Shown one piece after another: positions 1-6,297 of a stretch of DNA of 39,754 nucleotides (position 1 is its first letter; every line of letters begins with the position of its first letter). Made by a program: the position numbers and the translations under genes. The notes beneath the pieces were generated by a model, which saw only the letters and a program-made list of their open reading frames with translations, had not been told where the DNA came from and ran no database searches. Source of the DNA: Kayfunavirus BDX03P1; sequence record OZ035818.1, one strand, 5' to 3'.

Positions 1-29
1 TACAAAACGATTAAAGGAGGTGGTAAAAC

Positions 30-293
30 ATGACGCAGATGGACTTAGAGAAGTTCCTCTTAATGCTAGATACTGAACGTGCTCGACTCATGCTGCAAGA
101 CCTGCGGGATGACACTAAGCGTTCACCTCAGCTTTACAACGCCATTGAGAAGCTACTGGCTCGTCACAACTTCGTGCTAAGCAAGGTGTCTGTCGACGAG
201 AAGACGCTCGCTGATATGGAGGCCCTGAACGCAGAGTACGATAAGGTGCTCTCCGCTACGGAAGATAATGACACTGGATATGGAGTACAGTAA
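30..293 (+). CDS. terminase small subunit (T7 gp18-like)
   Basis: 87-aa ORF with SPQLYNAIEKLL segment and overall resemblance to T7 gp18 as I recall it; followed by Rz-like gene and terminase large subunit in T7 order. Confidence 0.8.
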   Translation: MTQMDLEKFLLMLDTERARLMLQDLRDDTKRSPQLYNAIEKLLARHNFVLSKVSVDEKTLADMEALNAEYDKVLSATEDNDTGYGVQ

Positions 294-305
294 ATCTCTT
301 AAGTG

Positions 306-350
306 TTAGACTCAAGGTCATTACTATATGTAGTGGCCTTTATGGTTAAC
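306..350 (+). promoter_or_regulatory. conserved hairpin element, probable RNase III processing site (T7 R18.5 position)
   Basis: ttagactcaaggtcat...gtggcctttatggtta; near-identical element recurs at 9305-9350 and 16888-16931 with conserved outer arms AAGG/CCTT and variable inner stem-loop. Confidence 0.45.
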
Positions 351-403
351 ACTAACTAGTGGAGGAGACTCTACGTGAAATCTGATAAACCGGGAGGGCA
401 ACT

Positions 404-847
404 ATGCTCGAATTTTTAAAGAGAGCGGCTCCGTGGTTACTCGCAGCAGTGATGTTTGCTGGTGGCTACCACACCGCTAACAATAAGTGGGAGGCTAAGG
501 TCAATGCAGAATACACCTCGAATCTTAAGGCATCGGAGGATACAAGACTTGCTGTCCAAGCTGAAGTCAACAAGGTGTCCAAACGGTTTCAGGACGAGAT
601 GTCCTCGCTGGAAGGCAGCACTGACAGGATTATTGCTGACCTTAAGTCTGACAATAAGCGGTTGCGCATCCGAGTCAAACCTACGAGTGGAACCACGCAA
701 AGTGACGGTCGATGCGTCATTGATGGTTACGCCGAACTTGACGAACGAGATGCTAAACGTCTTATCGCCATCGGACTGAAAGGAGATAAGTGGATTACGG
801 CCCTTCAGGACACTGTGAGAGCCTTGCAGCAAGATAAGGAGCAATAA
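404..847 (+). CDS. i-spanin, Rz-like (T7 gp18.5-like)
   Basis: 147-aa ORF, N-terminal hydrophobic segment PWLLAAVMFAGGY then charged/coiled region; position after gene 18. Confidence 0.8.
   Translation: MLEFLKRAAPWLLAAVMFAGGYHTANNKWEAKVNAEYTSNLKASEDTRLAVQAEVNKVSKRFQDEMSSLEGSTDRIIADLKSDNKRLRIRVKPTSGTTQSDGRCVIDGYAELDERDAKRLIAIGLKGDKWITALQDTVRALQQDKEQ
504..779 (+). CDS. o-spanin, Rz1-like lipoprotein (T7 gp18.7-like), embedded in +1 frame of the Rz gene
   Basis: ORF 456-779 in alternate frame; lipobox LTISGC followed by ASES, PRWKxAL motif resembling T7 gp18.7; start at internal ATG 504 chosen over 456 (uncertain). Confidence 0.6.
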   Translation: MQNTPRILRHRRIQDLLSKLKSTRCPNGFRTRCPRWKAALTGLLLTLSLTISGCASESNLRVEPRKVTVDASLMVTPNLTNEMLNVLSPSD

Positions 848-1230
848 TGCTAACAGACTTTGCGTATTCAGACGGTAAGTTGTTCAGGAAGGGACGTGAA
901 GTCGGCTCAATGGACAACCACGGGTATCTGAGGACTACGGTCAACTATCGTAAGTATCTCGTACACCGTCTAATCTACAAGCTGCACAACCCTGAGTTCG
1001 ACCTTGAATCAGACCTTGTGATTGACCACATCAACCGCAACCGGACAGACAACAGGATTGAGAACCTTCGGGCTGTGACCAAGGCTGAAAACAACAGGAA
1101 CAGGGACCTGCCAAGAGGCGTGTCTTATTGTAAACAGACCGGGAAGTGGAAGGCTATACAACCTCGCTGGCTCGGTCGATTTGAGACTGAACAGGAGGCC
1201 ATTGATGCAGTTAACGCCGCAAGAGCGTAA
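847..1230 (+). CDS. HNH homing endonuclease with AP2-like DNA-binding domain
   Basis: 127 aa; HNH core [29 protein letters not shown]; C-terminal AP2-like segment [32 protein letters not shown]; start ATG overlaps Rz stop. Confidence 0.8.
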   Translation: MLTDFAYSDGKLFRKGREVGSMDNHGYLRTTVNYRKYLVHRLIYKLHNPEFDLESDLVIDHINRNRTDNRIENLRAVTKAENNRNRDLPRGVSYCKQTGKWKAIQPRWLGRFETEQEAIDAVNAARA

Positions 1231-2968
1231 TGACGCCGTGACAAAGAGGATGAAAGAGGACTTCGTGTTCTTCTTATTCGTCCTCTGGAAAGCACTTAGC
1301 CTACCAATACCAACCAGATGCCAGATAGATATGGCCCGTAAGCTATCGGCTGGGGACAACAGGCGCTTCATCTTACAGGCGTTCCGTGGTATCGGGAAGT
1401 CCTTCATTACGTGTGCCTTCGTTGTCTGGAAGCTATGGAACAACCCAGACTTGAAGTTCATGATTGTGTCGGCCTCAAAGGAACGAGCCGATGCTAACTC
1501 CATCTTCATCAAGCGAATCATCGACCTCATGCCTCAGCTTCAGGAACTCAAACCTAAGCAGGGACAGCGAGATGCGGTTATCAGCTTCGACGTTGGACCA
1601 GCCAAGCCAGACCACTCACCTTCGGTTAAGTCAGTTGGTATCACTGGTCAGTTGACTGGTAGTCGTGCTGACATCCTGATTGCCGACGACGTGGAGGTTC
1701 CGAACAACTCAGCGACTCAGGCTGCACGAGACCGTCTATCAGAGCTTGTGAAAGAGTTCGACGCTATCCTGAAGCCTGGAGGTACAATCATCTATCTGGG
1801 TACTCCTCAGAACGAGATGACCTTGTATCGTGAGCTGGAAGGCCGTGGATACACCACTACTATCTGGCCTGCTCGCTATCCACGTGATAGGAAGGACTGG
1901 CAGTCTTACGGCGACCGTCTGGCACCGATGCTTCAGGCAGAGCTGGAAGAGGACCCTGAGTCCTTCTACTGGCGTCCGACCGATGAAGTTCGCTTCGACG
2001 ATACTGACCTGAAGGAACGTGAGCTGTCCTATGGTAAAGCTGGCTTCGCTCTACAGTTCATGCTCAACCCGAACCTGAGTGATGCCGAGAAGTACCCTCT
2101 GAAGCTCCGTGACCTTATCGTAGCAGACTTGGACCCAGCGTCCAGCCCAATGGTCTACCAATGGTTGCCTAACCCTCACAACAAGCGTGAGGACGTTCCT
2201 AACGTTGGACTCATGGGCGACTCGTACCACACGTATCAGACTGTAGGTTCTGCCTTCAGTTCGTACACCCAGAAGATTCTGGTCATTGACCCTAGTGGTC
2301 GTGGTAAGGATGAAACTGGCTATGCGGTACTATACCAGCTCAACGGCTACATCTTCGCTATGGAAGTTGGCGGTATGCGTGGTGGTTATGAAGACTCTAC
2401 TCTGGAAGCTCTGGCTAAGATTGGTCGTAAGTGGAAGGTCAACGAATACGTCATTGAGGGTAACTTCGGTGATGGTATGTACCTTGAGTTATTTAAGCCT
2501 GTAGCGGCCCGTATCCATCCTGCGGCTGTAACTGAAGTGAAGAGTAAGGGTCAGAAAGAACTCCGCATCTGTGACGTTCTGGAGCCTATCATGGGGTCTC
2601 ACAGACTTATCGTCAACGCTGCTGCTATCGTCCAAGATTACCAGTCGGCCTCTGATAAGGATGGTGTTCGTAACCCTATCTACTCTCTCTTCTACCAGAT
2701 GACACGTATCTCTCGTGAACGTGGGGCCTTGGCACACGATGACCGACTTGATGCGCTGGCTATCGGTGTACAGTTCTTCGTTGAGTCTATGGCTAAGGAT
2801 GCCAACAAAGGCGAACGTGAAGTCACTGAGGAGTGGCTGGAGGAACAGATGGAGAACCCACGGAAAGGCTTCGAGTCCATCCACACTGAGTTCTGGGACA
2901 ATGGGGTCCGGGTAACCCACGATACGGACGACGAGCTGGGGCTAGGGTCATACGTTACGTTCCACTAG
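1205..2968 (+). CDS. terminase large subunit (T7 gp19-like)
   Basis: Long ORF 1181-2968; strong resemblance to T7 gp19 ([21 protein letters not shown] Walker A region, [20 protein letters not shown]); start 1205 chosen by alignment of N-terminus, alternative ATG at 1181. Confidence 0.9.
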   Translation: MQLTPQERNDAVTKRMKEDFVFFLFVLWKALSLPIPTRCQIDMARKLSAGDNRRFILQAFRGIGKSFITCAFVVWKLWNNPDLKFMIVSASKERADANSIFIKRIIDLMPQLQELKPKQGQRDAVISFDVGPAKPDHSPSVKSVGITGQLTGSRADILIADDVEVPNNSATQAARDRLSELVKEFDAILKPGGTIIYLGTPQNEMTLYRELEGRGYTTTIWPARYPRDRKDWQSYGDRLAPMLQAELEEDPESFYWRPTDEVRFDDTDLKERELSYGKAGFALQFMLNPNLSDAEKYPLKLRDLIVADLDPASSPMVYQWLPNPHNKREDVPNVGLMGDSYHTYQTVGSAFSSYTQKILVIDPSGRGKDETGYAVLYQLNGYIFAMEVGGMRGGYEDSTLEALAKIGRKWKVNEYVIEGNFGDGMYLELFKPVAARIHPAAVTEVKSKGQKELRICDVLEPIMGSHRLIVNAAAIVQDYQSASDKDGVRNPIYSLFYQMTRISRERGALAHDDRLDALAIGVQFFVESMAKDANKGEREVTEEWLEEQMENPRKGFESIHTEFWDNGVRVTHDTDDELGLGSYVTFH

Positions 2969-3062
2969 CTGAATGAATAACTATGGGTGAAAGCTGCATG
3001 AATACGCAGTTAGTAACCTATAGTTACTACCAGTCTAACCTACTGTTTTACAAGGAGTTTGG

Positions 3063-3085
3063 ACTTAACTATCACTATAGGGAAG
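3063..3085 (+). promoter_or_regulatory. phage RNAP promoter (phiOR-like, downstream of terminase)
   Basis: cttaactatcactatagggaaga matches the 12-copy consensus TAAACTATCACTATAGGRA. Confidence 0.6.
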
Positions 3086-3264
3086 ACCCCCGGTTACTTA
3101 TAGTATTACTGTAGTGAATATACATATGCAGACTTTATGCAAGACCTTAGGAGGCAGACTCCGAGTTCTTACCTAAGGCTTGCACCGATGGAAGGAGGTG
3201 ATATTAATCATAATCCCTCCAATACAGATAGTCACCGACCATAGATACAGGAGGTATGTAGCAT

Positions 3265-3423
3265 ATGGCAAAGACCAAAGCTGTACTTAAAGCTCTGGCG
3301 ACCAATCGAGCTACATACAGGTTTCTTGCTGCTGTTCTACTTGCTGCTGGCGTTACTGCTGGAAGTCAGTGGGTCGGGTGGGTCGAGACTCTCGTATGTT
3401 CTCTGGTGTCTGAGTGTCATTAA
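3265..3423 (+). CDS. small hydrophobic protein at gp19.5 position
   Basis: 52-codon ORF (below the ORF-track cutoff) with AGGAGG RBS 8 nt upstream; MAKTKAVLKALATNRATYRFLAAVLLAAGVTAG...; position equivalent to T7 gene 19.5. Confidence 0.4.
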   Translation: MAKTKAVLKALATNRATYRFLAAVLLAAGVTAGSQWVGWVETLVCSLVSECH

Positions 3424-3559
3424 CGCCGTAATGGTAACAATAAACGAAAGTAAGACCTAAGGTCAGTTCATAGCTGACGCTACTCTACTGACCTTAGCTA
3501 CTGTAGTCAAGGACTTTAGGTAACACCTTAAGAGAAGCTCACTTAGGGTCATCCTACTT

Positions 3560-3625
3560 ATTGGTCTATCCTAGTGTCGCCTGACCTACGGTCCTTGACC
3601 TACAGTGGCTGTGGCCTACAGTAGT
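3560..3625. repeat. short direct-repeat array (ACCTACRGT-type) flanking the terminal repeat
   Basis: gacctacggt / gacctacagt / gcctacagt tandem imperfect copies; analogous to T7 short-repeat arrays next to the terminal redundancy. Confidence 0.5.
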
Positions 3626-3660
3626 GACGATGAGTTTTGGACCAAAAGTTTGAGACCACA

Positions 3661-3850
3661 TCTCACAGTTCAAGAACCTCAAGTCTCCCCATAGGCCATC
3701 TTTCAGTCCAGACCAAAGGCCCTACCCCAGTCTATCATAAGGTTGGACCGATGGTCAAGACGTTAGGTCAACGATAGGTCTAGGCTATGGCTTAGGGAAG
3801 GACGATAGGTAGGGACTATGGGTCTTCTCTGAGTCTCTATCTGTATCAGA
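3661..3850. repeat. probable terminal redundancy (direct terminal repeat) / physical genome end, collapsed to one copy
   Basis: Begins tctcacagt as the T7 left end does (TCTCACAGTGTACGGACC); ends near ctctatctgtatcagacc resembling the T7 TR end; flanked by short-repeat arrays; right boundary approximate. Confidence 0.45.
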
Positions 3851-3950
3851 CCATAAGTAACAACCATCAGCCTACGCCTACAGTCTCACTAACCATAAGT
3901 CACAACCATAAGACACCAACGCCTACAGTCAGAGACCAACGGTTAATAGA
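3850..3950. repeat. short direct-repeat array (CCATAAGT and CGCCTACAGTC units)
   Basis: aaccataagt x3 and cgcctacagtc x2 in about 100 bp; analogous to T7 CCTAAAG repeats on the left-end side of the TR. Confidence 0.5.
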
Positions 3951-4054
3951 CACAATGCTATAGACTTAAGGTCTAAGACATGTTAGTCAAAGACTATATC
4001 CTCTTACACCATGGGGCCGACGATGGCTCAATCAATATTATTTCAAATAACCTA

Positions 4055-4090
4055 TTGACTATAGGTCTAGACTATGGCTTAATAGCTTCC
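4055..4090 (+). promoter_or_regulatory. sigma70 early promoter (A1-like)
   Basis: TTGACT - 17 bp - CTTAAT; surrounding sequence resembles the T7 A1 region (ttgact...ccggata...gtagacagcctgataagtc). Confidence 0.45.
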
Positions 4091-4194
4091 GTCAACACGA
4101 CACGGCAACAACCGGATAGTGAAGACGCCGGGTCATCCCGGTCAAGTAGACAGCCTGATAAGTCATACGAACAACAGGCAGATGACAAAAGCAG

Positions 4195-4232
4195 TTGACA
4201 AGAAGTACAAACTTAAAGTAGTATGTACCACG
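4195..4232 (+). promoter_or_regulatory. sigma70 early promoter (A2/A3-like)
   Basis: TTGACA - 18 bp - TAGTAT followed by GTACCAC as in T7 A3. Confidence 0.5.
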
Positions 4233-4342
4233 TAGCAAGATGGCGTAGGGATAGGAGCCGAGAAACCTGCCCGAGACCAGCCAAGGATAAGGCACTAGCC
4301 GTGAGTCGAATTCGGTCACTCACCGCATAAAAGAATAACAGG

Positions 4343-4380
4343 TTGACAGCCTCCTTTAAAAGCTGTAAGCTGTACCACAT
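4343..4380 (+). promoter_or_regulatory. sigma70 early promoter (A3-like)
   Basis: TTGACA - 17 bp - TAAGCT followed by GTACCAC. Confidence 0.5.
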
Positions 4381-4549
4381 CGAAACGAAGGTGAAGCCTA
4401 ACACTGAAACAGGCTAGCACGGCGACGACAGCCAACGCGAATGCTCTTTAACAATTTGGATAAACTCTTAATGTGCGCCGATAGCGACTAACTACAGGGT
4501 CTTTGAGTCTACAGCTGAAGGCCCTGACTGATAGTCACTAACTTAAAGG

Positions 4550-4804
4550 ATGGACACTATGAAACACTTAAGCACAATCACTAATCACAATGAAGTATTC
4601 GTGAACACTAAAGGTTATGCGTGGATTCAGCTTAAAGAGATGACAGGAGCGCGTCACCGTGTGGTAGTGCGCAAGGTCTCAAGCAAGCCGTTCAGCAACT
4701 ACAGTGTAGACACTGTGCGTATAGACAACGAGACCTACCTGATAGACTCACAGATAACCGTGAGTCCTACAGCGAGCGCCTCAGCTCCTTATTTCGCTAA
4801 CTGA
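4550..4804 (+). CDS. hypothetical early protein, first gene of the early operon (no T7 counterpart recognised)
   Basis: 84-aa ORF with GGA-rich RBS (aaggatgg); directly downstream of host-type promoters and upstream of ocr; flanked by similar elements (taactacagg...ctgatagtcactaac) at 4500-4545 and 4810-4860. Confidence 0.6.
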   Translation: MDTMKHLSTITNHNEVFVNTKGYAWIQLKEMTGARHRVVVRKVSSKPFSNYSVDTVRIDNETYLIDSQITVSPTASASAPYFAN

Positions 4805-4889
4805 GAGTGATTAACTACAGGTCGTTAGACTGATAGCGGCCTGAATGATAGTCACTAACACACACGATTAACTTTGAGAGGATATAACT

Positions 4890-5237
4890 ATGGAACGTAA
4901 CGCTAACGCATACTATGAGCTGATGGCTGCAACTGTTGAAGCCTTTAACGAGCGCATTCAGTACGACGAAATAGCTGAAGGCGATGACTACCACGATGCA
5001 CTGCATGAAGTTGTAGACGGTCAGGTCCCGCACTATTACCACGAGATCTTCACGGTGATGGCTGCTGATGGTATTTACCATGAGTTCGAAGACTCTGGGC
5101 TGATGCCTGAGACCAAGGATGTGACGCGTATACTGCAAGCTCGTATCTATGAGGCGCTTTATAACGACGTATCTAATAGCCGTGATGTGGTATGGTTTGA
5201 GGCTGAAGAGAGTGACGACGAGGAGGACTGCGAGTGA
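4890..5237 (+). CDS. ocr: Ocr-like DNA-mimic anti-restriction protein (T7 gp0.3-like)
   Basis: 115 aa, highly acidic; segments [41 protein letters not shown] and acidic C-tail match T7 Ocr closely. Confidence 0.9.
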   Translation: MERNANAYYELMAATVEAFNERIQYDEIAEGDDYHDALHEVVDGQVPHYYHEIFTVMAADGIYHEFEDSGLMPETKDVTRILQARIYEALYNDVSNSRDVVWFEAEESDDEEDCE

Positions 5238-5392
5238 TGGTAACTTATGGTCTCTGCCAGCACCACGTCACCAACGCCCGGATTATGGTCAAGACCGGGC
5301 AGTTAAACCACGATGCGACTATGCGTCACCTGAAAGCGGTCTATGAGGGCCGCAAGCGTATACACGACAGTTTGCACGCTGAGGACAAGTAA
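5237..5392 (+). CDS. small early protein (gp0.4 position; function not assigned)
   Basis: 51-codon ORF starting at ATG overlapping ocr stop (TGATG); same length as T7 gp0.4 but I cannot confirm sequence similarity. Confidence 0.35.
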   Translation: MVTYGLCQHHVTNARIMVKTGQLNHDATMRHLKAVYEGRKRIHDSLHAEDK

Positions 5393-5393
5393 C

Positions 5394-5519
5394 ATGTACC
5401 AGATAACTTATAGCAGTGAACAGGCGTTCTACGATGGGTGCTACGAGATGATGAAGCGCGGGGCTTGCTACGTGGCTAATCACCATAGCCTGACCATAAC
5501 GCTGACAGGCGGTTACTGA
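5394..5519 (+). CDS. small early ORF (41 aa), hypothetical
   Basis: ATG 2 nt after the previous stop; Cys-containing MYQITYSSEQAFYDGCYEMMKRGACYVANHH...; short, weak support. Confidence 0.25.
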   Translation: MYQITYSSEQAFYDGCYEMMKRGACYVANHHSLTITLTGGY

Positions 5520-5589
5520 GTGATAAACGAGAGGTAATCGACTGATAGGTGACCTCAAAGATTACCACTTGCATTAATAGGAGTTAACT

Positions 5590-5679
5590 ATGAGTGTGGG
5601 ATATTGGGCATGCCTAGCGCCAGTTATCTGGATGATAGGTTATGGGATATACGACTGTATTAAACGGGGATCACTATGA
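5590..5679 (+). CDS. small hydrophobic peptide (29 aa), hypothetical
   Basis: RBS taggag upstream; MSVGYWACLAPVIWMIGYGIY...; stop overlaps ATG of next ORF. Confidence 0.25.
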   Translation: MSVGYWACLAPVIWMIGYGIYDCIKRGSL

Positions 5680-5876
5680 GTCTTGCACTATTGATAGCCA
5701 TAGGCTATGCACTTATCGCCTACGTGCTGGTGAGAGACATTAACAAGGCGCGTAAAGTCTACAAATTCAACTATGTACATCTGGGCCGCTGGACTGTACG
5801 TCAACCTAACGGACGATTCATGCGCAACTTAGCGAACGTCTGGGATATAGCAACACTTGGGAGCAAACTACAATGA
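5676..5876 (+). CDS. small membrane protein, hypothetical early protein
   Basis: 66 aa; N-terminal TM segment LALLIAIGYALIAYVLV; translationally coupled to neighbours. Confidence 0.45.
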   Translation: MSLALLIAIGYALIAYVLVRDINKARKVYKFNYVHLGRWTVRQPNGRFMRNLANVWDIATLGSKLQ

Positions 5877-6205
5877 ACAAGTCATACGGGATTAATCTGG
5901 TACACTCTATGGACGCAGACATGCAAATGTTAAGCCTACTGGCTACCGGGTATCGTCACGGAACGTCAAGTCACTCCGCACGTCAACAGCAGGAGAGGGA
6001 CCGGGTACTACAAGCAAGACTCCGGGCTGAGGGCCATAAGTCCGAACTGATGTGTCTGGCGTATGGTGGACGACCAATCACTGACGATGGTAAACTTCTG
6101 GTCTCAGGCTGGAAGGCGATAGACCAACGGTCATCCATCAAGCACACGACTCATGGTGACTTCAGTCATCTTCACGCTAACCCACTGATATGCAAGCGAT
6201 TCTGA
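5873..6205 (+). CDS. hypothetical early protein at the gp0.7 position (no kinase motifs seen)
   Basis: 110-aa ORF, ATGA overlap with upstream ORF; immediately precedes RNAP gene; no Gly-rich loop, HRD or DFG kinase signatures. Confidence 0.5.
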   Translation: MNKSYGINLVHSMDADMQMLSLLATGYRHGTSSHSARQQQERDRVLQARLRAEGHKSELMCLAYGGRPITDDGKLLVSGWKAIDQRSSIKHTTHGDFSHLHANPLICKRF

Positions 6206-6227
6206 CTTAACTATCACTATAGGACTC
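6205..6227 (+). promoter_or_regulatory. phage RNAP promoter immediately upstream of the RNAP gene
   Basis: cttaactatcactataggactc, consensus match; followed by conserved leader gactcaaggtc. Confidence 0.55.
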
Positions 6228-6297
6228 AAGGTCTAAGACTCCAAGTGAAAAGACCAAAGAGACTTTAAGTGAAAGACTAATAACAAGGACTTTAAGT

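Noticed and set aside
1181-1204. Upstream ATG (1181) as terminase large subunit start
   Set aside because: Alignment of the N-terminus with T7 gp19 favours the ATG at 1205; the 1181 start would add 8 residues with no counterpart. Not excluded.
3560-3950. Short direct repeats that could be taken for a CRISPR array
   Set aside because: Units are 8-11 bp, irregularly spaced, with no regular repeat-spacer periodicity; they match the short-repeat arrays flanking T7-type terminal redundancy.
5873-6205. Possible truncated gp0.7 protein kinase
   Set aside because: No Gly-rich loop, catalytic HRD or DFG-like motifs; too short (110 aa); treated as an unrelated hypothetical protein.
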